Assembly (NCBI GenBank): GCA_031552145.1
Contig: JAVBMV010000007.1
Span: forward strand, 34,486-98,485
DNA length: 64,000 nt
DNA from: Myxococcales bacterium
GTDB taxonomy: Bacteria; Myxococcota; Myxococcia; Myxococcales; UBA5297
Direction of reading: 5' to 3'
Every line of letters begins with the position of its first letter. Within the stretch, counting starts at the first letter, position 1. Made by a program: the position numbers and the translations under genes. Shown here piece after piece: positions 24,445 to 33,931 of the stretch. Below the pieces are notes generated by a model, which was given only the letters and a program-made list of their open reading frames with translations, was not told where the DNA came from and searched no databases.

Positions 24445-26775
24445 ATGAGACCGCTGATACTCGCTCTGCCTCTTCTCTTTGCTGCTCCCTCTTCGCATGG
24501 GGCGCCGCCTCGTCTCGCTCCGATCGTCCCGGTGACGCAGAGCGCTGTCGCTCCGGAGCGTCGCGCGGCGGAGCGGACTGAGCTGAAGGCCGCGATCGAT
24601 GAGGTCTTCAAGACGGCGGCCTACAATGGTGCACGCGTCGGCGCGAAGGTGGTGAGCCTGGATGATGGCTCGACGCTCTATGAGCGCAACGCCGATGATC
24701 TGCTCAACCCCGCCTCCAACGTGAAGCTCTTCTCTTCGGCGGCGGCGCTGGCACGCCTTGGCTCCGACTATCGTTTCACTACCGACTTTCTGGTGGATAA
24801 GGGCGCCAGGGAGCGTGGTGGCAATGTGCTGGGCGCGGCGGGCGAGGTGCGCGGCAATCTCTATGTGGTCGGGCGCGGCGACCCCACCATCACCACCGAG
24901 GTGCTCTATGGCCTGGCGCTGCAGCTGCGCTACCATGGCCTGCGCTCGGTCTCGGGCGACCTGGTGCTCGACGACAGCTACTTCGATGGGCAGCGCATTG
25001 GCCCGGGTTACGATCAGGAGAAGACCGACAGGGCCTACCTGGCGCCCACCGGCGCGCTCTCGCTCAACTGGAACAGCGCGGGGATCGTCATCGCCCCGGG
25101 CGAGCGCGAGGGGCGCCCGGCGCAGGTGGAGCTGAGCCCAGCCTCCCCCTACTTCGTGGTCGAGAACCGCGTGGTCACCGTGGCCAGCAAGAAGCTGCGC
25201 CGCCTCTCGGTGAGCTCTACCCCCGCGCCGGGGGGCAAACAGCGCATTGTCGTGACGGGACGCATCGCCCTGGGCGATGAGCCGATGCAGCTCTGGAAGA
25301 AGATCGACAACCCTCCCCTCTATTTCGGCGAGTCGCTCAAGGCGATGCTCGCGGCCAACGGCGTGAGGGTGAAGGGCAAGGTCCGCGTGGGGCTGGCGCC
25401 CAAGGATGGGGCCGTCTTCTATGTGCGCCGCAGCGACTCGCTCGACCTGGTGCTCAAGCGCGTAAACAAGAACTCCTCTAACTTCACTGCCGAACAGCTG
25501 GTGAAGACGCTGGGCGCGCAGGTGAGTGGCGCCCAGGGCTCGTGGTCCAATGGCCTGGCAGCTGTGGAGGGCTTCCTCGCCGAGGCCGGGATCCCGCGCG
25601 GCACGTACATCATGAAGAATGGGTCGGGCCTCAACGACGCCAACCGCTTCTCGGCCTCGCAGCTCTGCACTCTGCTGCGCGCGATGTGGGAGCGCTCCAC
25701 TTCTTCGCCCGAGTTTCTCTCTTCGCTGGGCATCGCCGGGCGCGACGGCACCCTCGCCTTTCGCATGAGCAGCACCGAGGCCGCCGGCCGGCTGCGCGCC
25801 AAGACGGGCACGCTGGAGAATGTCTCCGCGCTCTCGGGCGTGGTCGAGACCGTGGGCGGCGAGCACTTCGCCTTCGCGCTGATGGTGAATGACTTCGCGC
25901 AGCGCACCGTGGGCATCAACCGCGGCCTCGACGCCATCGGCGCCGCGCTGGCCGAGCTGGGCACTCCGGGTGGCCCCGCCGCGGGGTTGGCCAAGGCGCG
26001 CGGGGACGCGCCCCTCGCCGCGCCCATCGACGAACTGCGGGCGCGCCTCACCACCTACGAGTCGCTCGCCCTGGCGAAGGATCCGCGCAACGCGCAGCTG
26101 CTCCGGACCGCTCTGGCTACCACCCGCGATCCCGCTCTGAAGGTGGCCATCGCCGATGCGCTCTACCGCAGCGATCCCGAGGGGTCGGGAGCGCGCGAGC
26201 TGCTCGAGTCCTTCAGCGCCACTCCCGAGGTGCTGGGGAGGCTGTTCCAGGGCGCGCCGCGGGGAGAGGCCGTGGAGGGGGCGGTGGAGCCGCTTGCTCC
26301 CCAGACTCTAGGCACCAAAGAGGCCGCCAGCGCTGCCGCTATCTCCCACCTGCCGCTCGCGCTCCAGTCGCTGCTGGCGCTCTCGGCCGAAGGGGATCGC
26401 GACGCACTGAACCATCTGGTGGGCATCATCGCCGCAGCGGGGCTCGACGACGCGCTGCGCCGCGAACTCACCTTTCCGCTGGCCGAGGTGCTGGCGATCG
26501 CTCCCGATGAGCTGCTGCTCGCGCTCAATGGCGCCGCAGAGGCGGTGCAGCGCCCCGCGCTGATGGTGCTGGCGCAGCTGATCGACTCGCTGCCCGAGGC
26601 GGAGCGGGCGCCGCTCGCGACCGCGCTCGAGCGAGCAAAGGGCGGCGTCGATCCTTTCCTCTCGGCATTGGCGAAGCGCATCGACGAACAGGTGGCCGCC
26701 GCCGCCTCGGCGCGCCAGCAGGGAACGCTGGCGGGCGGCGCGGAGAGCCCGGCACCCTCCCCTGCCGGCCCGTAG
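24445..26775 (+). CDS. dacB: D-alanyl-D-alanine carboxypeptidase/endopeptidase (PBP4, peptidase S13) with a long Ala/Leu-rich C-terminal extension
   Basis: The ATG at 24445 gives the signal MRPLILALPLLFAAPSSHG. ...LLNPASNVKLFSSAAALARLGSDYRFTT... contains the SxxK motif. ...MKNGSGLND... and ...AKTGTLENVSALSG... are PBP4-like. Confidence 0.85.
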   Translation: MRPLILALPLLFAAPSSHGAPPRLAPIVPVTQSAVAPERRAAERTELKAAIDEVFKTAAYNGARVGAKVVSLDDGSTLYERNADDLLNPASNVKLFSSAAALARLGSDYRFTTDFLVDKGARERGGNVLGAAGEVRGNLYVVGRGDPTITTEVLYGLALQLRYHGLRSVSGDLVLDDSYFDGQRIGPGYDQEKTDRAYLAPTGALSLNWNSAGIVIAPGEREGRPAQVELSPASPYFVVENRVVTVASKKLRRLSVSSTPAPGGKQRIVVTGRIALGDEPMQLWKKIDNPPLYFGESLKAMLAANGVRVKGKVRVGLAPKDGAVFYVRRSDSLDLVLKRVNKNSSNFTAEQLVKTLGAQVSGAQGSWSNGLAAVEGFLAEAGIPRGTYIMKNGSGLNDANRFSASQLCTLLRAMWERSTSSPEFLSSLGIAGRDGTLAFRMSSTEAAGRLRAKTGTLENVSALSGVVETVGGEHFAFALMVNDFAQRTVGINRGLDAIGAALAELGTPGGPAAGLAKARGDAPLAAPIDELRARLTTYESLALAKDPRNAQLLRTALATTRDPALKVAIADALYRSDPEGSGARELLESFSATPEVLGRLFQGAPRGEAVEGAVEPLAPQTLGTKEAASAAAISHLPLALQSLLALSAEGDRDALNHLVGIIAAAGLDDALRRELTFPLAEVLAIAPDELLLALNGAAEAVQRPALMVLAQLIDSLPEAERAPLATALERAKGGVDPFLSALAKRIDEQVAAAASARQQGTLAGGAESPAPSPAGP

Positions 26776-26846
26776 GGCACGGGGCGCAGCGGGCGGCGCC
26801 CCTGTTCCAACGCCCCATGGGCCCGCCCTAGTGCTATTTGTTGGCC

Positions 26847-27605
26847 ATGTCCAATAGCGCCATCGCCATTATCCCCGCCCGCTTCGCCTCCACCCGCTTT
26901 CCCGGAAAGCCGCTCGCGCTGCTCGCCGGGCGCCCCATGATCCAGCACGTGGTGGAGCGCGTGCGCCGGGCGCGTGGCCTCTCCCGCGTTCTGGTCGCCA
27001 CCGACGACGAACGCATCGCCAGCGCGGTGCGCGCCTTTGGCGGCGAAGTGGCCATGACCGGCGACTGCCGCACCGGCACCGATCGCGTCTGGCAGGCGGC
27101 GCGCTCCATTACGCCTGCCCCCGAGGTAGTGCTCAACGTCCAAGGTGATGAGCCGCTGATCGATCCCACCTGCCTGGAGGCGCTGCTCTCCGCCTTCGCC
27201 GACCCGGCCGTACAGATGGCGACGCTGCGCCGGCCGATTGCACGCGAGAAGAGGCGCGAGGCGGCGCAGAACCCCAATGTGGTGAAGGTGGTCTGCGCGC
27301 AAAATGGCGACGCCCTCTACTTCTCGCGCGCAGCCATCCCCTTCGATCGAGACGGGCGGGGAGACGAGGGCAAGGGCGAAAGCGACGGCCTCTTTGCTCA
27401 TGTGGGCGTCTACGCCTATCGCACACCCTTCCTCGCCCGCGTCGCGGCGATGGAGAGCACGCCGCTGGAGCGGCTGGAGAGCCTGGAGCAGCTGCGCGTG
27501 CTGGAGAACGGGCACCGCATCCGCACCGTTGAGACGCTGGCCGAGAGCCATGGGGTGGATACTCCCGAGGATCTGGCGCGCGTAGCCGCCCTGCTCGACG
27601 GGTAG
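26847..27605 (+). CDS. kdsB: 3-deoxy-manno-octulosonate cytidylyltransferase (CMP-KDO synthetase)
   Basis: MSNSAIAIIPARFASTRFPGKPLALLAGRPMIQHVVERV...VLVATDDERI...NVQGDEPLI... Confidence 0.9.
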   Translation: MSNSAIAIIPARFASTRFPGKPLALLAGRPMIQHVVERVRRARGLSRVLVATDDERIASAVRAFGGEVAMTGDCRTGTDRVWQAARSITPAPEVVLNVQGDEPLIDPTCLEALLSAFADPAVQMATLRRPIAREKRREAAQNPNVVKVVCAQNGDALYFSRAAIPFDRDGRGDEGKGESDGLFAHVGVYAYRTPFLARVAAMESTPLERLESLEQLRVLENGHRIRTVETLAESHGVDTPEDLARVAALLDG

Positions 27606-27730
27606 CGGCCCATTTCAGATCTGCCTCGTTTTTCACGATTGCATTCCAGAGATGAAATGAGGGACCCTTCCGCGCGGGCACCCTGCGCGTCAGAGCCCCT
27701 GTTTTCAGTGGGTTACACGATCGTCATCTT

Positions 27731-27746
27731 TGGCACACCCCCTGCA
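27731..27746 (+). promoter_or_regulatory. Sigma-54 (-24/-12) type promoter candidate
   Basis: TGGCAC-ACCCC-CTGCA compared with the consensus TGGCAC-N5-TTGCW. The GG and GC elements are spaced exactly 12 nt apart. Confidence 0.45.
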
Positions 27747-27758
27747 ATAGGTTCCTGT

Positions 27759-27829
27759 GCGAAGCGCTGTGCGCGAAGTTGAAGTTGGCCCCCCCCCACT
27801 TCTTCATCCCCTGCGCTTCGCTTTTTTTT
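27759..27829 (+). terminator. Long hairpin plus T8: intrinsic-terminator-like element (possible sRNA 3' end or leader attenuator)
   Basis: GCGAAGCGC (27759-67) pairs with GCGCTTCGC (27813-21). GAAGT/ACTTC inner pairing flanks a C9 loop. TTTTTTTT follows immediately (27822-29). Confidence 0.45.
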
Positions 27830-27849
27830 CGCCAACGCCGCAGCCAAAT

Positions 27850-28281
27850 ATGTGCCCTTCGAAACGCACAGTTCTGCTCGCAGATCCCGATCGCTGCTTC
27901 CGCAGCTCGATGGCAATCGCCTTGCGTCTCGAGGGGTACAACGTGCTCGAGGCCGCCACGGCCGGTGACGCGTTGGAGCACATCTGGCGCGAGCCCATTT
28001 CGGTGGCGCTGGTCGACCTGCTGATGGCGGAGGATCGGGGCGACTCGCTACTCGCGGCGGTAGCGAAGGTGAACCCCGAGGCACGGCTCTTCTCGCTGAG
28101 CACCATCAGCGGCGTCAGCTCCAGCACCGCCGCCAGCGGCCGCGCCATAGCCCTGGAGAAGCCAGTGAGCAGCACGAAGCTGGTCGATCTGCTCGCGCGC
28201 CCCACGCCCTTCGCGCTGGGGCGCCGTATCGCGACGCCCGTACCGGCGCCCACCGAGAACCTCCTCGGCGGACGCCTCTGA
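27850..28281 (+). CDS. Single-domain (CheY-like) response regulator receiver protein
   Basis: The ATG at 27850 gives MCPSKRTVLLADPDRCFRSSMAIALRLEGYNVLEAATAGDALEHIWREPISVALVDLLMAED... Confidence 0.75.
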   Translation: MCPSKRTVLLADPDRCFRSSMAIALRLEGYNVLEAATAGDALEHIWREPISVALVDLLMAEDRGDSLLAAVAKVNPEARLFSLSTISGVSSSTAASGRAIALEKPVSSTKLVDLLARPTPFALGRRIATPVPAPTENLLGGRL

Positions 28282-28327
28282 TGTAGGGGCGCCGCTTGCC
28301 GCGCCCTATGCGCATTTCCGATACATC

Positions 28328-29848
28328 CTAGAACAACGACGCGGCCCCGCGCTGGGCGAGGGCGATGAGCGGCTGCGGCATGAGCCCCATCGCAAGCACG
28401 AGCAGCAGCGCCAGCCCCGCGACCCAGCGGAAGCCGCCGGGCGCGCCCATATCTTCTCCTGGCGCTCCCAGCTCGGCCGCGCTCTCGGAGGGCTCTCGGA
28501 AATAGAGATAGACCACCACCCGCAGGTAGTACCAGGCGCCGATGGCCGAGGTGGCGATGCCGATGATGGCGAGCCAGAGCTGCCCCGCGTCGAGCGCGGA
28601 ACGGAAGATGAGCAGCTTGGCGATGAAACCTCCCGTGGGCGGGATCCCCGCGAGCGAAAGCATGAAGAACGCCATCGCGAAGGCGAGGCCGGGGCTGCGC
28701 TTGCCTAGGCCGGCGAAGCGCTCCAGATCCCAGGCGTTGGCGGCATCGAGCTCCTTCCCCTCGACGTAGGCGGCGAGCCCGAAGGCCCCAAGCGCCGTCA
28801 CCGCGTAGGAGGCGAGGTAAAAGAGCAGCCCCTGCCCGCCCGAGACGAAGCCGCGCCCGCCGCTCGCCGCCGAGAGACCGATGAGCAGATAGCCGGCGTG
28901 CGCGATGGAGGAGTAGGCCAGCATCCGCTTCACGTTGCGCTGCGGCAAAGCGAGCAGGTTGCCCCCCAACATGGTGACGATGGCGAGCAGCGTGATGAGC
29001 ATCCCCCAATGCTCGCCCGCGGGGCCAAAGCCCACCGCCAGCACGCGGAAGAAGGCGGCGAAGGCGGCTGCCTTCACGCCGATGGCCATAAAGGCAGTGA
29101 CCGGCGTGGGCGCTCCCTCGTAGACGTCGGGCGCCCACATATGAAAAGGGACAGCCGCGACTTTGAAGGCGAAGCCGGCGACGAGCAGGGCGACGGCGGC
29201 CATCGGCAAGAGCGGCAGGGCCCCGCCCGGCGCGCCCCGTACCAGCTTCGCCAGCTCGACCGCGATGACATCGAGGCGCGTGGAGCCCGTGGCGCCATAA
29301 GCGAGCGCCGCGCCATAGAGGAAGAGGCCGCTCGAGAGCGCGCCGAGGATGAAGTACTTGAAGGCGGCCTCGGTGGAGCGCTTGGTGCGCCGCAGCCACG
29401 CCGCGAGCGCATAAGTGGAGAGGGACATCACCTCGAGCGAGACGAAGAGCATGATCAGGTCGCTCGCCATCGCGAGCAGCATCATGCCGCTGCCGGCGAA
29501 GAGGAGCAGCGCGTAGTACTCCCCCCGCTCCGCCTCGAGACGGCGCAGAAACGAGGCGGAGAGCGGTACGGCGATGAGAAGCCCCGCCGCGATGATGGCC
29601 CCGACGAAGGCGCCGAAGAGGTCGGCGCGCGCCATGCCGCCATAGATGAGGGACGCCTGCGCGCCCAGCGCCCGGGAGATGGGGATGAGCAGGAGCGCCA
29701 GCGCCGCGCTCGCGGCGGCGAGGGGGGCCTGATGCGCTCGGTTGCCACCCGAAGTGAAGGCTTCGGAGAGCAGCAGCGCGCAGCCGCCCAGGGCGAGCGC
29801 GATTGCGGGGAAGAGTGGGATGAGATCGAGTGCGCCTGGCATGGTCAC
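28328..29848 (-). CDS. nuoN: NADH-quinone oxidoreductase subunit N
   Basis: Polytopic antiporter-like protein containing ...LEVMSLSTYALAA..., ...EAAFKYFILGALSSGLFLYG... and ...RMLAYSSIAHAGY.... Confidence 0.9.
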   Translation of the reverse strand: MTMPGALDLIPLFPAIALALGGCALLLSEAFTSGGNRAHQAPLAAASAALALLLIPISRALGAQASLIYGGMARADLFGAFVGAIIAAGLLIAVPLSASFLRRLEAERGEYYALLLFAGSGMMLLAMASDLIMLFVSLEVMSLSTYALAAWLRRTKRSTEAAFKYFILGALSSGLFLYGAALAYGATGSTRLDVIAVELAKLVRGAPGGALPLLPMAAVALLVAGFAFKVAAVPFHMWAPDVYEGAPTPVTAFMAIGVKAAAFAAFFRVLAVGFGPAGEHWGMLITLLAIVTMLGGNLLALPQRNVKRMLAYSSIAHAGYLLIGLSAASGGRGFVSGGQGLLFYLASYAVTALGAFGLAAYVEGKELDAANAWDLERFAGLGKRSPGLAFAMAFFMLSLAGIPPTGGFIAKLLIFRSALDAGQLWLAIIGIATSAIGAWYYLRVVVYLYFREPSESAAELGAPGEDMGAPGGFRWVAGLALLLVLAMGLMPQPLIALAQRGAASLF

Positions 29849-29849
29849 G

Positions 29850-31445
29850 TCACTTCGCCCGTTGAGCGGTGGGGGCGGGTTGAGCGGGGAGGATCGAGGG
29901 CACGGCCACCGGGCCGACCGTCACGCGCTGCACGAAGCGCTGCGCCGAGGGCTCGAGCCGGGTGAGGAAGGGCTGCGGGAAGAGCCCCATACCCACGGCG
30001 AGGAGCATGAGCGGCAGCACCGTCGCCCACTCGCGCACGGTCAGGTCGCGCAGGTGGCGGTTCCCTTCGTGGCGCACGGGGCCGAGCATGACGCGCTGGT
30101 ACATCCGCAACATGTAGACGGCACCGAGCAGCACGCCCAGCGAGGCGAGGCCCGCGACGAGCGGCGTGTTGATGGGCGCGCCGCTGCCGACGCCGACGGG
30201 CGCGGTGAAGGTGCCCGAGAGGATGAGGAACTCGCCGACGAAGCCGTTGGTGAGCGGCAGACCGATGGAGCTGAGCGTGATGACGAGGAGCGCGACGGCG
30301 ATGCCCGGCGTCAGCTTCGCCAGCCCGCCATAGTCGGCCATCACACGCGTGTGGGTGCGCTCGTAGAGGATGCCGATGAGGAGGAAGAGCGCGCCCGTCG
30401 AGATGCCGTGGTTGATCATCTGCAGGATGGAGCCCGCCGCCGCCGTCACCGTCAGCGCGAAGACGCCCAGCATCACGAAGCCCAGGTGGGCCACCGAGGA
30501 GTAGGCGACGAGCCGCTTCATGTCGCGCTGCGCGAAGGACATGAGCGACCCATAGAGAATGCCGATGACGGCGAGCGCCACGAAGAGCGGGCGGTAGAAG
30601 GCGGCCGCCTCGGGGAAGAGGGGCATCGCGAAGCGCAGGAAACCGTAGACGCCCATCTTGAGCAGCACGCCAGCCAGCACGATGGAGCCCGCCGCCGGCG
30701 CCTCGGTGTGGGCATCGGGCAGCCAGGTGTGAAGTGGAAAGAGCGGCACCTTCACGGCGAAGGCCAGCGCGAAGGCGAGGAAGAGCCACCGCTTCGTCTC
30801 GAGCGAGAGGGCCGCCGCCGAGGCGGGATCGTTCAGTGTGTTGAGCAGCGCCACATAGTCGAAGGTGCGCGCCCCCTCGCTGCCCGAGGCGAGGTGCAGC
30901 CAGAGGATGGCGACGAGCATCATCAGCGAGCCGACGAAGGTGAAGACGAAGAACTTCACCGCCGCGTAGATGCGGTTCTCGCTGCCCCAGAGCCCCACCA
31001 AGAGGTACATCGGGACGAGCAGCGCCTCCCAGAAGACGAAGAAGAGGGCCAGGTCGAGCGCCGCGAAGGTGCCGAGCATGGCGCTCTGCAGCACCATGAG
31101 CGCCACCGAGAGCTCGCGCGTGCGCGCCTGGATGGCGCTCATCGTCGAGAGGAGCACGATGGGCGAGAGCGCCGCGGTGAGCAGCATGAGCGAGACGGAG
31201 AGGCCGTCGACGCCGACGTGGTAGCCGATGCCCAGGCTCTCGATCCAGGGCACATATTGCTCGAACTGGAACTCGCGCGCGCCGGGCGCGGCGTCGAAGG
31301 CCAGGTAGAGCCAGAGCGTCAGCCCGAGCGAGGCGAAGGAGCCGACGAGGGCGGCGATGCGCGACTGCGCGCCAGGCAGCAGCGCGGCCAGGAGCGCGAA
31401 GCCGAGCGGGGCGAAGATGACGAGGGTGAGCAAGTGGTCGGACAT
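29850..31445 (-). CDS. nuoM: NADH-quinone oxidoreductase subunit M
   Basis: ...FAFAVKVPLFPLHTWLPDAHTEAPAAGSIVLAGVLLKMG... and ...KRLVAYSSVAHLGFVMLG... Confidence 0.9.
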   Translation of the reverse strand: MSDHLLTLVIFAPLGFALLAALLPGAQSRIAALVGSFASLGLTLWLYLAFDAAPGAREFQFEQYVPWIESLGIGYHVGVDGLSVSLMLLTAALSPIVLLSTMSAIQARTRELSVALMVLQSAMLGTFAALDLALFFVFWEALLVPMYLLVGLWGSENRIYAAVKFFVFTFVGSLMMLVAILWLHLASGSEGARTFDYVALLNTLNDPASAAALSLETKRWLFLAFALAFAVKVPLFPLHTWLPDAHTEAPAAGSIVLAGVLLKMGVYGFLRFAMPLFPEAAAFYRPLFVALAVIGILYGSLMSFAQRDMKRLVAYSSVAHLGFVMLGVFALTVTAAAGSILQMINHGISTGALFLLIGILYERTHTRVMADYGGLAKLTPGIAVALLVITLSSIGLPLTNGFVGEFLILSGTFTAPVGVGSGAPINTPLVAGLASLGVLLGAVYMLRMYQRVMLGPVRHEGNRHLRDLTVREWATVLPLMLLAVGMGLFPQPFLTRLEPSAQRFVQRVTVGPVAVPSILPAQPAPTAQRAK

Positions 31446-31488
31446 TTTGTCTACCTAGTATCTAGCTTCTTGGCCGCGCCGCCGCGCG

Positions 31489-33558
31489 TCAGGTGAGCAC
31501 CCACAGGAGGAGGACCGCGCCCAGCACCATCGCCGCCGCGTAGCGCTGCACATCGCCGTTCTGAAGGTAGCGCAGCGCGGCGCCCGCCCAGCCGGTGAGG
31601 CGCGCCGAACCCTGGATGAGGAGGCGATCGATCACGAAGGTGTCGACGATGCGCCAGAGCATGAAGGCGAGCGCCTTGAAGGGGCGCACGATGAGGAAGG
31701 CGTAGAGCTCGTCGACGTAGAAGCGATTCTCGGCGAGCGCGCGCAGCTGCTTCATGGGCGCCCTCTCGAAGAGCGGCGCGAGCTTCGCGATGAGCCCCTT
31801 CCAATAGAGGAGCGCCGCCGCCGCGCCGCCGACCCAGGCGAGGAGCAGCGCCACCCCCATGGCCGCGAGGAGGCCGCCGTGCGCCTCGCCATGCTGCCCC
31901 ACGTCGAGCGTGCGGCGCGCCAGCGCGAAGGCGCCGCGCGTGAAGTTCTGGAAGAGCGCCTCGAGCTCGCCCGTGGGCGCGGTGAGCGCGAAGGGGCGCC
32001 AGGGCAGTCCCCAGAAGAGCGCCACTACCGAGAGGATGGCGAGCGTCCAGAGCGGGAAGGTGACGGCGGGCCCGCACTCGTGCGCGTGGGCCGCGTGGTC
32101 GGAGCGCGCCTTCCCGGCGAAGACCAGGAAGAAGAGGCGGAACATGTAGAAGGCGGTGCCCAGCGCCGCGAGCGAGCCGAGCCAATAGGCCGTGGGGCCC
32201 ACCCACTCGAACCCTTGGAGGTGCGCGCCGTGGGCATAGTGGAGGATGGCGTCCTTCGAGAAGAAACCCGAGAGCGGCGCGAGGCCGGTGATGGCCATAC
32301 AGCCAATGAGGAACGTGATGGCCGTCGAGGGCATGCGGCGCCAGAGGCCACCCATCTTGCGGATGTCCTGCTCGTGGTGACACCCCATGATGACCGCGCC
32401 GGCGCCGAGGAAGAGGCAGGCCTTGAAGAAGGCGTGGGTGAGCAGATGGAAGGTGCCCTGCCAGTAGGCGCCGATGCCCACGCCGATCATCATGAAGCCG
32501 AGCTGCGAGATGGTGGACCAGGCGAGCACCTTCTTGATGTCGTTCTGGGCGAAGCCGACGAGCGCCGCGAAGAGCGCGGTGGCGGCGCCGACGAGCGTGA
32601 CGACCGCCATGGTGGCGGGCGCCAGCGCGAAGAGGAAGGAGAGGCGCGCGATGAGATAGACGCCGGCCGTCACCATGGTGGCGGCGTGGATGAGCGCCGA
32701 GACGGGCGTGGGGCCCGCCATCGCGTCGGGGAGCCAGACGAAGAGCGGCAGCTGCGCGCTCTTGCCGGTGGCCCCGACGAAGAGAGCCAGCGTCGCGACG
32801 GTGAGCGCCTGACCATAGGTGAGCCCCAGCGAGGCGAGCGGACCACCCGGCACCAGCGCGTCGAGCGAGTAGCCCGCGGTGGCGAGCGTCTGAAGCGCGG
32901 CGCCGTCGCCCACGCTCAGCATGTCGAGCGAACCGAAGAGGGCGAAGAGCGTGAAGAGACCGATGAGCATGCCGACGTCGCCGATGCGATTGACGATGAA
33001 GGCCTTGCGCCCCGCCGAGGCCTTCGCGTCATCCTCGAACCAGAAGCCGATGAGCAGATAGCTGCAGAGCCCCACGCCCTCCCAGCCCACGAAGAGGAGC
33101 ACCAGGTTGTTGGCGAGGACCAGCGTCAGCATGAAGCCGACGAAGAGGTTGAGGTAGGCGAAGAAGCGGGCGAAGCTCCTGTCTTCGCGCATGTACTCTG
33201 TCGAATAGATGTGGATGAGGAGGCTGACGCCCGTGATCATGGCGACCAGGACGGCCGAGAGCCGATCCATCACGAGCGAAGCCTTGATCGTGAGCGCGCC
33301 CGAGGCGAACCAGGTGCCCAGCTCCTGCGAGAGCAGGCGCGGTGGCCTCCCCTCGGAGAGCACCGGCAAGGCCATCGGCAGGAGGGCGAGCAGCGCGACG
33401 GCGAAGGCGCCGAAGATGGCGCCGCAGGCTATGAGCGCCACGCTCTGACGGCTCATGAAGCGCCCGAGCAGCCCCAGGATCGCCGCGCCCACGAAGGGGA
33501 GCAGCGGGATGAGGAAGAGCCAGGGCTCCACGTCTCGTGCATCTAGGAAGTGCGTCAT
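31489..33558 (-). CDS. nuoL: NADH-quinone oxidoreductase subunit L
   Basis: ...VGWEGVGLCSYLLIGFWF..., ...GKSAQLPLFVWLPDAMAGPTPVSALIHAATMVTAGVYL... and ...KKVLAWSTISQLGFM... Confidence 0.92.
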   Translation of the reverse strand: MTHFLDARDVEPWLFLIPLLPFVGAAILGLLGRFMSRQSVALIACGAIFGAFAVALLALLPMALPVLSEGRPPRLLSQELGTWFASGALTIKASLVMDRLSAVLVAMITGVSLLIHIYSTEYMREDRSFARFFAYLNLFVGFMLTLVLANNLVLLFVGWEGVGLCSYLLIGFWFEDDAKASAGRKAFIVNRIGDVGMLIGLFTLFALFGSLDMLSVGDGAALQTLATAGYSLDALVPGGPLASLGLTYGQALTVATLALFVGATGKSAQLPLFVWLPDAMAGPTPVSALIHAATMVTAGVYLIARLSFLFALAPATMAVVTLVGAATALFAALVGFAQNDIKKVLAWSTISQLGFMMIGVGIGAYWQGTFHLLTHAFFKACLFLGAGAVIMGCHHEQDIRKMGGLWRRMPSTAITFLIGCMAITGLAPLSGFFSKDAILHYAHGAHLQGFEWVGPTAYWLGSLAALGTAFYMFRLFFLVFAGKARSDHAAHAHECGPAVTFPLWTLAILSVVALFWGLPWRPFALTAPTGELEALFQNFTRGAFALARRTLDVGQHGEAHGGLLAAMGVALLLAWVGGAAAALLYWKGLIAKLAPLFERAPMKQLRALAENRFYVDELYAFLIVRPFKALAFMLWRIVDTFVIDRLLIQGSARLTGWAGAALRYLQNGDVQRYAAAMVLGAVLLLWVLT

Positions 33559-33582
33559 CGAAAGTTTCCTTGCGCGGCCGCT

Positions 33583-33909
33583 CTAGAGCTTGAGGGCGCG
33601 AACTTCATCGGCGTTGACGGTCCCGCGCGCCCTGAAGAGCGCGATGACGATGGCGAGCCCGATGGCCGCCTCGGCCGCCGCCACGGCCATGACGATGAGC
33701 GCGATGGCGTGACCCGAGAGGTCGGCTCGATGGCGGGCGAAGGCCATGAAGGAGAGGTTGGCGGCGTTGAGGATGAGCTCGACGCTCATGAAGACGGTGA
33801 GCGCGTTCCTGCGCACCACCACGCCGCAGAGCCCCAACGCGAAGAGCGCCGCGGCGAGCATGAGGTAGTGCTCGAGCGGGACCGAGCCAATCATTTGTGC
33901 TGCGACCAT
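33583..33909 (-). CDS. nuoK: NADH-quinone oxidoreductase subunit K
   Basis: 108 aa containing ...RRNALTVFMSVELILNAANLSFMAF... and ...VAAAEAAIGLAIV... Confidence 0.92.
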   Translation of the reverse strand: MVAAQMIGSVPLEHYLMLAAALFALGLCGVVVRRNALTVFMSVELILNAANLSFMAFARHRADLSGHAIALIVMAVAAAEAAIGLAIVIALFRARGTVNADEVRALKL

Positions 33910-33931
33910 TTGAACCCTCTCTGCGTAAACC

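Noticed and set aside
24427-25866. Long antisense or off-frame ORFs across the high-GC core. Examples are 24427..25866(-), 26163..27551(-), 27804..29399(-), 29742..31496(+), 31879..33546(+), 34936..36606(-), 38344..39384(-), 41018..42667(-), 45035..46792(+) and 50781..51875(-).
   Set aside because: These are typical shadow ORFs of a ~70% GC genome. Their translations are Arg/Gly/Ala/Pro-rich with no recognisable motifs. Each overlaps a gene on another frame or strand that has clear family signatures (PBP4, KdsB, Nuo subunits, histidine kinase, heparinase-like protein, helicase).
27757-27849. The upstream extension of the response-regulator ORF (start at 27757).
   Set aside because: The extension would translate the hairpin, the C9 tract and the T8 tract (…GPPPLLHPLRFAFFSP…). 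The receiver domain begins right after the ATG at 27850.
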